From positions 6,335,757 through 6,399,756 of the forward strand of contig MU054187.1 in assembly GCA_013239625.1 (NCBI GenBank): a stretch of DNA of 64,000 bases. The letters run 5' to 3'. This document shows, piece by piece, positions 50,590 through 62,084 of this stretch. The notes beneath the pieces are model-generated. The model ran no database searches and had not been told where the DNA came from. It was given only the letters and a program-made list of their open reading frames with translations. Source of the DNA: Lama guanicoe (Eukaryota). Both the position numbers and the translations under genes were made by a program. The first letter of the stretch is position 1; each line of letters starts with the position of its first letter.

Positions 50590-51195
50590 GTACTAATAGC
50601 ATTAAAGAAACATGAAAATAACCACGTAAGTTGTATTAAGCAGGGTTTTTTTGTATTGCAAGGGCCAGAAGCCCTGATGGACTTAATCTGAAGTCTAAGA
50701 AAACGTTCACTCTTTTGGTTGGCTGGATCCAGGGGTTCAAACAACGTTGTCATCACTTTCTTTCTCTCTTTCTATCATTTTTCACAGCAGCTTATTTATG
50801 GTTTTTTTGTTTGCATGTCAGGTTTCCTCCTTTCCTGACATGCTTTTCTCTGAATTCTGAAAAGTCCCGAGGTGCTGTTCCTTCTGCCCATGATCTTGAA
50901 AGGGAAAGGCAGTCTTTCCTTCCGAATCCAAGCGGCAGCACAGAGGATTCTCATTGGCCCAGCTTAGGTCACATGTTCATCCTGAACCAATTGACTAATT
51001 GTTGAGATAAACTACACTTTAGGATTCTGGGGGTGTGTTCCACCTTGGCCTTCAGTCTCTTCCTCTCCTGCTGGGTGGGAGTGAGGCTGCTGGTGGGCTT
51101 AAAATGAGTGGTGACTTCACCACTGCACAGGCCCACAGGGAGGGGGCCAGCGGGTTGCCAAAAGAACCCCAAAAGGTCCCTGAGCAAAAACTTCA
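50590..51195 (-). mobile_element. MLT1 (J/K-like) LTR
   Basis: ggctggatccaggggttcaaacaacgttgtca; ttctcattggcccagcttaggtcacatgttcatcctgaaccaat. Confidence 0.7.
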
Positions 51196-51291
51196 GCAAC
51201 TAAAGTTGTCTCTCTTGGCTTTTTAAAAGAAATATTGATTAGAATTAAGACACAGGTTTATATGTCTTAGGACAAAAAAGTGTCTATAGAC

Positions 51292-51515
51292 TTTGGGATT
51301 AACAGATACACACTACTATATATAAAATAGATAGACAAAAAGGGCCTACTGGATAGCACAGGGAACTGTATTCAATATCTTGTAACTACCTAGAATGAGA
51401 AAGAATCTGAAAAAGAATATATATATACACATATGTAGATGTATAGCTGGATCACTCTGCTGTACATCTGAAACTAACACAACACTGTAAATTGATTATG
51501 CTTTAATTAAAAAAC
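51292..51515 (+). mobile_element. Artiodactyl-type L1 3' end
   Basis: ttgggattaacagatacacactactatatataaaatagata...atagcacagggaactgtattcaatatcttgtaa...ctgaaactaacacaacactgtaaa; degenerate TSD aaaagtgtctataga / aaaggtatctataaa. Confidence 0.92.
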
Positions 51516-51561
51516 TTTTTTGAAAAGGTATCTATAAAGTGGAGAAAACATACAATGAATT

Positions 51562-51640
51562 AAAAAATGTTTTCATTGAGTTATAGTCAGTTTACAATGT
51601 AAAACTGACTATAAATTTTGTAAAATTACACTTTACAAAA
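51562..51640 (-). mobile_element. Micro L1 3'-tip insertion with fold-back sequence
   Basis: cattgagttatagtcagtttacaatgt is the antisense of an L1 terminus (acattgtaaactgactataactcaat); flanked by direct repeat atacaatgaatt (51550-51561 and 51641-51652). Confidence 0.75.
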
Positions 51641-52892
51641 ATACAATGAATTTTTAAAGTATTTTAACTTAATTTTTTACTGGAATATGCTTGATGAGCT
51701 CATGGAATAGTGTACCTGTATCTGATAGCATATTGAGTATTTTAAACCAACTGACTAATCATTGAGATAAACTGCACTTTAGGATTTGTATATTTTCTTC
51801 CATTGTGTATTCCAATTGAATATTCATTATCAAACTTTGCATCCTTGCAAAATCCAAACTAGAATCCCCTTCTGTCAATTTTTTCAAAATATACAGTCTG
51901 TTCTATAAACCATATAAAATAAATACTGTTAGGCGTTCTTTGTGACAGACACGACTGTCACTATTAGAGGACTTCTGTTACGGACATCCGGTGGGAGATA
52001 CCTGTTCTTTAGGCTACTGCCAGCAGGGCCAAAATGAATACTTACTGGATTAAAAACATTTTTTTTTTCATGGAAGGATAGGTTTTAAATAAACATAGAT
52101 GATCTAGGAAGCAGCAATAGTGGGAAAAATACTTATTTTGAAAACTCATTAACCAGCTGCTCTAGAGCTTTCAGTTGATTGATTCCATAATTTTTTTTGA
52201 AACCAGATTTTTGGTAGCAGCATAACTAAGTATCTGATGTTTTGAGTTCTCACTGTATGTGATCACCTAAATCTAATAGCATTTCCTAGTAGTGACCCCA
52301 GATACCTCCAGGCCTGAAAGAATTACTGTCATCTAACTTCTTCTCAAAAGTCAGTTAGGCTCCGAGGGGTCAGGCCTAAATCGCTCCACAGGCACGTGGG
52401 CTAGGTTTACTCTTTACGATCGTTAAGATGCTTTCAAAGAAATTCCTTCATAATCCCTTTCAGTCAGGACTAGTCAGGGGGTTGGGTCTGTGTGATGTGT
52501 CTTTATCACCTACGTATTTTTCCAGAGTCTTCTCTTCCACGTGTAGGATTCCTTCCTCCACATTCTCTCTCCCTGACGATTGTTCTGTTTCTTTAAGGGC
52601 GGTGGGCTCCTGTGCCAAGAAGCCTTTCGCTGATGAGTTACGTAACATGGTACGGACTCCAGGATCCAGAGGAGGAAGAGGCCCAGGATAAGAGCCAGGG
52701 CGGCCGCCGAGCACGGCCTCCATCTGTGCCCTTTCGTCTCCTCCCTGGGGCTTCTCAACCTGCCGCAGGGTTTCGGCCAGCCCTGTCTTTCAGCAGCTTC
52801 ATGGATGCAACAATACGCTGTGGCTCTTGTGCGCTATTATCCCTTCCTCCTCTCTCTCCAGCCCGGAAGTCTGAAAAGCATGTTGCTGAAAG

Positions 52893-53438
52893 CTGCTTCT
52901 CATGTCTGTTGCTGTGTTACCAGCCGTTCCCAAACTTAATGGTCCTTAATGACGATAATCATTTTGTGATCAGCCACTATTTCCGAGAATCAGGGATTCA
53001 GGGAGGCTCCGCGAGGCTGACCTGCCCAGGGTCTGGCGGGTGCGTGCCGTCAGCCAGTAGCTGGAGCTGGAGCGGCGGGAGGCTGGCAAGTAGGGGCTGA
53101 GCAGGCATCTCTCTCTCTCTCCCTTTGTCATCTCGGGGCCTCTCATGGGGTCTTGGTCATGGGGTTGCAGGCCAGCTGGCACTTCCTCCCAGAATGGCAG
53201 CCCCTAGGTGGTAGACCTTACGACACAGAGACTTAGAGCTTCCCTGAAAATATTCCAGAGAACCAGGAAAAAACCACATTACTTTCATGACACATGGTCC
53301 TGTAGCATCATTTCTGGCAAACTCTGTTGGTCAGCCAGTCACTAAATTTGAACCAGGTCCAAGGACAGGGCATACAGACTTCTGCCTCTCAATGGCAGGC
53401 CATTCAAACAATTTGCAGACATAATTTAAAGCACCACA
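52893..53438 (-). mobile_element. MLT1 (F/G/H-like) LTR
   Basis: tgttgctgtgttaccagccgttcccaaacttaatgg; ctctgttggtcagccagtcac; caatttgcagacataatttaaagcaccaca end. Confidence 0.8.
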
Positions 53439-54459
53439 CTTCACCAAGACAATGTTAATATATTCTTTGGTTTGAATTTAAACATATGCTTTTTTTAAAA
53501 AAAATAATCCTAATTGAGCAATTGGTTTAAAGAGTTTAAAAGCACATAGATATTGCAAAACTCCCCTGTAGATCGAGGTATTCCATAAGAGATCTTGAAC
53601 AACATGGAGCCTGTGTGAATGTCAGATTGGCCCCATTCATGCCAAGCATTCTCTGGACAGTGAATAAAGAGTAACAGAATGAATGAATGAATATGTAATG
53701 AATCAGTTCACATATCTGTCATCAATCAAAAAAAGCTCTTAAGCCAAACAGATTAGAAGCCAACCAAATGAATTGTAACTTGGCATCTTGGGTGAGGAAG
53801 TATGCTTCTAAAACATAATTAGTACAGCATTTGTTTTGCTTTGTTTTGTTTTATTTGTACAAATCATTCAGCTAAAAGGCAGTTACATATATTCATATAA
53901 CTGGGGGAAGGAAGGCGGAGGGAGAGGACATTTTCTGAAGCGCATTCGCAGGCTCTGGGGCAAGGGTGTGAAATGCACAGGCCACAAGCCCGTCCCCCTT
54001 GCTGCTGACGGAAAGGATTCTGAGATTCTCCCAGCAGCCTGGGAGGCAGTTCCGTGGGCGCCTTGGCATTTACTCTGGGCCCCTTCCTTTCTCTGCAAAA
54101 CTGATGCCAGGGCAGAGGGCTGAGATGTTTCTAAAACCCCAGATGCATCAAATCATAACAATCTCCCTACGCATAAGTTTAGAAGGGATTTTGGCGCAGA
54201 GTCTGTTTTAGGCCCGGATGTCCTAAACCCTCTTCTACTTGCAGGTTAGCCCCGGTGTGCCCGCCTGCACACCCAGGGATAGCTCCCTGCGGGGATCCTG
54301 TGCCTGAGCCCCAGGCCGGGGCCCCCACAGCAACCACTCACCAGCCTCGGGCCCCCTCCGATGGCCCAGTGTGGTTCCCTAGGGACGTTATTTCCACCTG
54401 CGGCCCTGAGCTGGGATGTTATCACAACAACAGTGCACATGCAATTTGACACAGAGAAT

Positions 54460-54796
54460 TGTTTTGTTTTGTTTTTCTTTTCTTTTCTTTCTTTTTAATT
54501 GAAGTATAGTTGATTTACAACACTGTGTTAGTCTCTGGTGTACATATAGTGATTCAAATATATGTGTATATATATCCCGTTTCAGATTCTTTTCCATTAG
54601 AGGCCATTACAAGGTACTGAATGTAGTTCCCTGTGCTGTACAGAAGGACCCTGTTGTTTATCAGTTTTATGTACAGCAGTTTGTATCTGCTAATCCCAAA
54701 CTCCTAATTTATCCCTCCTCCCCTTTCCCTTCAGTGACCAGCAGTTTGTGTTCTATGTGTGTGAGTCTCTTTCTGTTTTGTAACTAAGTTCCTTTG
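54460..54796 (-). mobile_element. Artiodactyl-type L1 3' end
   Basis: T-rich tail then taattgaagtatagttgatttacaacactgtgttag...gttccctgtgctgtacag...ctaatcccaaactcctaatttatccctcc. Confidence 0.93.
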
Positions 54797-54814
54797 GCTG
54801 CAGAGATTTTTAAC

Positions 54815-55100
54815 CTGAGCATGTCTGCATTTTAGGAAGTTCCCTCCGGCAGCAGCGGAAGGATTCAAGGTGGGGAACGGATGGCTGCCAGCGACGCCAG
54901 CCGGAAGGCGGCCTCGACTGTCCAGGTGTCAGGGGCTTGGACGTGGAGCAGGGCAGTGGTTGTGCAGGTGGAAACAGTGAGCAGACATGGGAAGTGTGCA
55001 GAAGCAGGGTGTAAATGGAATGAGTTGCTGGGGGTTGAGGGCCCATACTGAGCAGCGAATACCTTGTGTTTGAGCTTTTCTGACCGGGAAGATGCCAGCG
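54815..55100 (-). mobile_element. LINE L2 fragment
   Basis: gcatgtctgcattttaggaagttccctccggcagcagcggaaggatt...gtccaggtgtcaggggcttggac...ggcagtggttgtgcaggtggaaa. Confidence 0.55.
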
Positions 55101-57289
55101 TGGCTGCTGAAGGGATAGGCAAGAAGGGGCTGTGGCGGGGACGCGGGGAAAGCCAGGGAAGGAGGGAAGGCTGCTCTCGATCGTGGCATTGGGAGATGTG
55201 AGCACCGAGGCTTTGCTGTCGGCAGAGAAGAAATATAGGTTAGCCAAGGGCTTTTTTAGTTCAGAGAGCATCCTTCACTCTGGCCTGTACAGATGGTTTC
55301 CTTAACCATTAATACCTGCAGAGGAAGATTTAGGTGAGAGCTGCTTTTTAAATCCAGACTCTTTTTCAATAAAGATTCGAATACAGGATGACTGGAACCA
55401 GGGCGAAGGCAGGGCTTCCAGGCTTGGTCTCAGTATGGAAAAGCGTGATGAACGTGACCCAGTATTTTTGAAAACTGTGTGAAGTTCACCACTAGGGGAT
55501 TTCCTGAAGGTGGCTCATCCCCTGAAATTCCAGGAGGCATTTGGGGGTGTGAAGGGCCATGTTGGTAGCCACAGTGGCTGGGTGGGGGTCATGGATGCCG
55601 GACGATCTGCTATATCTGGACACTCACACAAAAGGAGCCACGCTCCCAGCAGAATGCTGGTAGCACCTGCACTGAGCAATGGTCAGGCTGGAGCTTCAAA
55701 CTGCCTTCATCCTTATGACTGTGCAAGCCTTTCACTTCTTTGCAGTCAGTGAAACCAAGATGTGAGAAACCAGGCCTCAGTCTTCTTGCTGGGGGTCCCT
55801 TCTGGGCCAAGCTGGGGAGCTCGGCTGGAAGGGGCTGCTGGTGGCGGTGAAAAGTGACGCTGGGGTTGGGGGCAGGTTGGGGAGAGAGAGCCTGCAACCA
55901 AAGACACTCAGGCCAGGCCTGGAAATGTGTTTCCAGAAAGCTCTGGAAACTGGAGACACACAGTCTTAGAACAACTCAGGCCTGTGTGGGGTGATGAGGC
56001 TGGTCACACAGGGCTGGCTTTTGATGCTGGTGCCAAAAAGCACCTGCCCCCAGGAAGCAGTAGCCTCCGTTTTCACAAGAGAAGAGAGCAGCCCTGTCTG
56101 GGTCCTTCCTTCCATCAGAGACATCGCATCGCAGCACCTGCCCTTCTGTGTGGCAGCGCCCTGCCTGCTCGTCAGTTTTCCCCAGGGGAACCTCCTTTCC
56201 CAGGGGCTTCCTTAGTGGTGAGGTTCTCGTGGCTGATCCATGGCTGTCCCGGGCCAGAGGTGCTCACAGCATGAAGCCCCAGATGCCCTGGGAGCAGGTG
56301 CAGGGCCCGGTTTGCTCCTGAGTGACCGGGGCTCCAGTCACTCAGTCACATCAGGGGACGCGATGCCTGACTCCCGTGGGTGAAGTGATACTGGAGGCGG
56401 CGGCTCAGGGTGCATGCAGCGTGTCAGCAGTGCAAGGTGGGGCCGGGCGTTTGGCTTGTCCTGACGGGGTGATGCATGACCCTGCTTGAGATGCAGTTTT
56501 GGTGGGGTGGGCCTCACACAGGACAGGCCTTCCCTTACAGAAGGACCTGAGTGGCATTGCTCTTTTCATGGAAATCAGTGAGATTCTGAATTGGAAGAGC
56601 AGTAACTGCCAACATGAGTCCCGCGAGAGCCAGCGTCCTTCTATTGCCCCGCAGAGCAGGGGCGGGAGTTGGGGGGGGGACTCGTGTCCGCCGGGGGGTT
56701 ATAACATTTGTGACTGTGAAGCATCAACCAAGGGCTAGATGATGTGCTTGGTCCTAGGGACACCGAAACAGGTCCCCCTCTAGGACCTCTCAGCCTGTCA
56801 GGAAGGCAGACAGGAAAGCAAACAGTTTCGACAGAGTTAAATACATGCCAAAAGAGACAGATGTAAACACAATTCTCCCAGCATTGTGACGTAACACAGC
56901 CGCAGGTGATGGAAGGTAGGATGTAGACATCCTTGGAGGACCATTGTTCTCCATATATACATGGAGACACAGATTTGGGCATCAGTTGACTTAGGGAGAT
57001 GTTTAAAAGCAAGAGGATGCATGGCATTGCTCATGGAAAGTATATGAAACAAAAAGAGCCCTAAGGAAAAGTCCTTGGTGTACACCTGGATTTACGTGGC
57101 CCAGAAGGTGATCCTGGAAAGGAGACTGAGACAGGAAGAGGGTGAGGGGAGGGTGTAATCAAGAAAGTCAAAGGGAGAAGAGAGATCCAAGAAGGGAGGC
57201 AAGTGCTCCAGGGAAGTCGGGCGATTCGGGTGGAAAAGCGCCCATTAGATTGGCAGTTAGCAGTAGCAGAAGGTGTCAGCTGGTCTGGG

Positions 57290-57755
57290 ACACCCATAGT
57301 CCATCCTCCTGTCCCCTTCCAACCCCCCTGCGATTTGTCTGGTGCGTGTGATTTCAGCCCAACGTGAACTGCTTTTTCCCGTTCGCACATAGGAACTGAT
57401 TCAGGGTGAGCACTTGATTCAATGTGTGTCAATGAGAAGCAATTAAATCAATGGGGTTTGGGCTGGGAATCCTGGGAAAAACTCCCATGTAAGAATTTGC
57501 CAGGCCTGTAGCTCCAGTAGCCATCTTTCCACCCAGATGAAGAGGCCTTGTGGAGAAGAAGACCGTGTGAAAGAGAAAGAGATGAGAGAGAGCAAGAGAA
57601 AGGAGGGGTTGAGAAAGAGAAACTGGTCCTGGTGACGTCATTAGAGCACCGATCAAGCCAGGTTTAGACTTCTCAATTTTGGAACCAATATATTTGTTTT
57701 TATTTCAATTGGAGCCAGGCTTTCTGTCACTTAAATCAAATGAGCCCTACCCCGT
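57290..57755 (+). mobile_element. MLT1 (J/K-like) LTR, degenerate
   Basis: gtagccatctttccacc; gtcctggtgacgtcattagagcaccgatcaagcca; ggctttctgtcacttaaatcaaatgagccct. Confidence 0.55.
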
Positions 57756-58079
57756 CTAGAGGCCTCCGGAGTTGTTTTGCAGGTGCAGAATTGGTGAGTA
57801 GCAGCTTGAGGACAGCGTGCTGAAAACTCATTTCACAAAGGAAAGTAACTCTAGGGGAGGTGCCCGTGCCTCGGTGACTACTGGAAGTTAAAGCTGAAAC
57901 CACTGGGGATGCTGGAAATCTGGTCTATATACCCCAGGTGTTGTTTCGCTCTTTCCTAGTGGGAAACCCCTCCCCTCTCACACACAGCTTAGTTCCACAA
58001 GCAAGTCTCTTTCGGGTGTTGGGGGCGGGGGGAGTCCTTGGCAACAATGACTTTATTTTGTGCACTGACAGCCTGAGAG

Positions 58080-58625
58080 CGGGTAGAAGCGGCCGCGCTG
58101 CCAGTAAGAGCAGACGAGCATCCACCCGGTGAGGTCCGATGCCTTCCACGGTGGTGAAGTTCTGCTGTGCCCCCTTTTATGCAACCACCCCCCCCCATCC
58201 CGCACAGGTACCCTCTGCATCTGACAGCGCGGGGGCAGCGCGGCTCAGCTCGGGCGTTGCCAGCGGCGCCGTCGTCCAGCAGAGGGCAGCATGGAGACGC
58301 CGACCGAGCGAGCGCGGCAGCCGCAGGACCCGGGCTCGCTGCCGGCGCGAACCTTTCGAGCAATTCCCCGGGGAGCCCTTCCTGCCATGTGAGGGTTGCC
58401 CGAAAAGGGACAGGTGATAGGAATGAAATATTCAACAATTCTGTTCCGCAGAATGAACATGAGTTGTCATTTAGCATTTTATCAGTTGATGACACATTCT
58501 TCCCGCTTAAAGGTGGTTTTAATTGCAAGAGCTGGTGAGCGCTCTTGTCGCGTCCCCCCGCCGCTTCTCCCTCCCCCCAGCACGGAGCGCCGTCTGCCGG
58601 GGCGCTGCCAGCAGCAGGAGGGGCC
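58080..58625. promoter_or_regulatory. CpG-island-like region with a consensus CTCF motif
   Basis: Two CpG-dense blocks (~58080-58400 and ~58535-58625) around an AT-rich spacer; CCAGCAGAGGGCAGC at 58276-58290 matches CCASYAGRKGGCRS exactly (forward). Confidence 0.6.
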
Positions 58626-59799
58626 ACCCGAGATGAAGGCTGAAGCCAGCAGGGACAGGGGGCTGCAGACCCAAGACTTGGGCAAGAGGAAAGGCAGGCA
58701 GCTGCATTAAGGATGCTGAGGACGCAGGCACATTTCCAGCGAAGCTGTGATCTAGAAGGCAGCCGAGCATCACAGCAGGGTGAAGGGAGCTGAGAAGGCA
58801 GAAAGTGACGGGAGGCAGGCAGCCTTGCTCTCCCCATTGGCGACAGGTGTCTCCTTCCATATTGATTCTGTTGATCAGCAGGGAGAAATGTTTAGCATTT
58901 TCTTTGTCCTTCATCATTTCCATTGACCTGCCATTCCTCACCCCTGCTTCCGGTTGCGATGTCGCAGATTCCTGGGCACACCGTTGAGGCTGCAAGTGGC
59001 TCTGAATCCTTCCCCATTTGGCTGGGAGAATGGGGCGTGTTTTGTCTCCATTGTCCGTGTCTTCACCCTGGGGATGCTGAGTCAGCGTTCCAGAATCCCA
59101 GCTGGTCCTTCGCAGAGCTCTTGGCAGACAGCATGCTGAGTATCCCCACCATGGTCCACAAGCTGCTCAAAATTAAATCAACTTAAAAGGGCACCTTTAT
59201 AGAGACCAAGAGGAGAAGGTTCCAGGGCAGCTGGACCGACTCTGTGAAGCCCTGTGAAGTCGTCTTCTTAGGCTGGATAAACAATAATTCTCTCTTTGAG
59301 TGAAGGTTCCAAGCTGCTAGGAAAAGCTGGAGTCTTCGCTATCCCCCAGGTCGCTGTATTTCTTTGCAGATAGTATTGATTCTTCCCTTTGGATGATCAC
59401 CCTCAAATCCTCAATTGTACCCACACTCATGGCCTTGGCGTAAATGAAAGCCCTCTTCTTTGGTAATCAGGAGTACCTTGTAAAGAGCCTGCTGCTGCGT
59501 GATTTGGAGGGACGTGTTTCTTCTGTCCTTTTAGGTGTGATTGATCGCTTTGGCTGAATCAAATACCCACCTGGAACAGGCAAGGGAAATGCTTGTAACT
59601 AGCTGGAGAAAACCCAAATCACATTTAGGAATATGCACTTTAATTCTTTTTCTTCGAATGAAAATATCTTGCAAAATATTCCTGTTGTTTGAAAATGTGT
59701 TAGCAGTGAGTCATGAGAGTTGCGGAGGCCCAGTGAGTCAGGTGCCTGTCTCCTTGTTACCAAGGGGGGGGGGCGAGGGTAGTGGAAAGAGCGGGGATT

Positions 59800-59960
59800 T
59801 GGCTTCAGAAGAAACTGGGTTGAAAACTCAACTCTGCCTTTTACTAATTTTGCTATTACACATATTTGCACTCATCTGAGCTCCCGTTTTCTCAGATGTA
59901 TAATGAAGTAATAACCACAGTCATCATGTATACACATGTGTACAAAGTACGTCCGCGCCT
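59800..59960 (+). mobile_element. MIR SINE
   Basis: ctgggttgaaaactcaactctgccttttactaa...tctgagctcccgttttctcagatgtataatgaagtaataa. Confidence 0.7.
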
Positions 59961-61137
59961 ATAAAATGTCTGCAGTGGTATCAGCCCGCCCCTTCCTCCT
60001 CCCCTTCCGGTTCTCCTCCTCCGTCTCCTTTTCTTTAGTCAAATGACCTCACCCAAAAAACCATCAACAAACATGGAGACACATGGTGTCTCACTCTACG
60101 ACCTCAGTTGTGTATCAACTCGCTTAAGAAAAATCACAGCATTCAGAAAATGGCATATATATATATTTTTCTATTTCCTATATTTTATTTCTGTATTTAT
60201 CTGCTTATTGAATATGAGTCTATTAGCCAGTATTTTGATTTATAATATACACATTTATACATACAGGCCTATAGGCCAGCAACTCTCTCTCTGCCTTGGA
60301 GATGAATATATAGAAATGGGTATTATTTGAGTGGAGCATGCTCTGCTTACTCTCATAAGCTCTCTTGTGAAGCCCAAGTTACAAAAAATTCTTCCCTTCC
60401 CCCCTTATCTTAATGAGGTACCTCGTGCAGAACACCAGGGGTGTGGGGGGCATGCTTGGCTCACCCCACACCCCATTTGATAATTTCAGGTGCGCGGGAT
60501 GCATCTGATGCCTGCCTCCCGGTGCAGCACAGGACAAGTGGTCGCCCAGGCCCTGCTGAGCCCAGAGTGAGCCTGGTCCACTTCGTGATGGTTTCAGAAA
60601 GTCTGTTTTTATTCTGGGCCGAGCTACCCTCGTCCTGGAATCCCCCAAACTGCAGGGGGACATCTTCCCTGAGATCTTTGCTCCTGGTTAGGCTTTGCTG
60701 CTCTCCTCGGACTTCCTGGACATGGGTGCTCACGTGTGCAGTCTCACCTCCTGGTTCCCAACCTGAGCATAAGCCTCTTGTAACACTCACGATAGCCGGG
60801 ACATTGGTCGGCCAGGTGTGGAAGCGGGTCTCAGTGGACTCTCCCTGGCTGACTAAGAACCAACCCGGGAAGTCAGGAGCGGGAACAGTCAGACCCGTCT
60901 CTTGCCACCACAGGAAAAGTATCTGAAGGTGAGGCTGCCTGTACTGCTTAGAACTCTGTCCCCTTTCCTTTCTCGAGTCCATCCGTTGTATGGACGCTGG
61001 CTTCCAGGAGCTGTTGAGTCGAGGAAGCAGGCCTCTCTCAGCTTTTGAGGATAAAACTGCAATTAGAGGTGAAAAGAGAGAAACAGATACTCACCTTCTT
61101 TTATGCCAAGAGCGATCAGTCCTCTCTGGTGGTTCTA

Positions 61138-61290
61138 TTTTTTTTTTTAAAACACCTTTATTGTGGTCTGGTTCCTGTACAGTAAACTACACTTATTTCA
61201 GATGTACACGTTGATGAATTTTGATAGATGTAGACACCCATGAAACCACCACCACAATCAAGACAGCTAACATTTCCATCACTCCTCAAG
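61138..61290 (-). mobile_element. L1M 3' end
   Basis: T-tail, ctttattgtgg...gtacacgttgatgaattttgatagatgtagacacccatgaaaccaccaccacaatcaaga. Confidence 0.85.
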
Positions 61291-62084
61291 AGGTGCAATT
61301 TTCGAATTCCCAATTTATCCCTTCCCGCCCCCTTTAAGCCCCGGTAACCATAACATAACTTTCTGGTGCTTCTGACCTAGTGATATGTTCACGGAATGAG
61401 TCCATTTTTACATCCCTTAGATATTTTTTAAAGAACATACTTTTTATTAAAATGAGGACCATGGGATCAGCTACCCAGCAGATCCAGCTACAGAGCTGAG
61501 ATATTTTACCGAAGGACCCAAACTAATAGCGTTCTTGGCTTCAATTACCTAAACTAGATGTGTTAAATTTTTTTTTCTCTTCAGCTATTCAGATGCTATC
61601 AATTCTCAGTTTCGCTTTGTGTGTCATCATGATCTTTAGATTTGAATTAATTTGAAATCCTCAAACTGAAAGACACAAGGTAAAAACCCACCACACTCAT
61701 CAGGGCAAACCAGAAGCTATAATCTCAATTCTGAGTAAAAGATATTTTTTAAAAATCCATCTGTTGGAGTGAAAACGCTGGGGTTGGCATGCAGATGGTT
61801 TCCCGAAATAATGAAGGGTGACTATTAAAATCTGGTAAATACCCAGATCCACTCCATCTCTGACGTCTCCAAACCCGATTTAACCTGGAGCTTGGAGTAC
61901 ACAGGGAGCAGAGGAGGAGGCGCCCTCAGCACAGGGCCGCCAGCCCTGCGGGGCCAGGCGTTGTCCTCCCAGTCCTCCTACCCGCCTCCTGCCTCACTGG
62001 TCCCGGGCTTCTCAGTGACCGACCCTGGAAACCACTGTGCTGGGTGGGGAGTGGCAGCTGACGTGACCTTGTCCTTAGTGGCAC

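Larger units (their letters stand above)
51220..52872 (-). pseudogene. Probable processed pseudogene (retrocopy) of an unidentified mRNA
   Basis: Minus strand opens with ACTTCCGG (ETS-type motif common at housekeeping TSSs), then a CpG-rich leader, an intronless 87-aa ORF (52723-52460, E/K-rich) with stop-interrupted continuation, and a long AT-rich UTR-like tail. It lies between two MLT1 LTRs. No clear poly(A) or TSD found and the 3' boundary is uncertain. Confidence 0.5.

Noticed and set aside
52375..52462. Two in-frame TGA codons after the 87-aa ORF suggesting selenocysteine or readthrough
   Set aside because: No SECIS recognised and no selenoprotein-like motif; pseudogene decay with frameshift is the simpler explanation.
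57815..57834. Adjacent REST/RE1 half-sites (ggacagc and tgctgaa)
   Set aside because: Order and orientation are non-canonical, and short half-sites occur by chance.
57989..58837. Longest ORF (282 aa, minus strand)
   Set aside because: It spans the CpG/GC-rich element where stops are scarce, has Ala/Pro/Ser/Cys/Gly-biased composition with no recognisable domain, and overlaps open frames on both strands.
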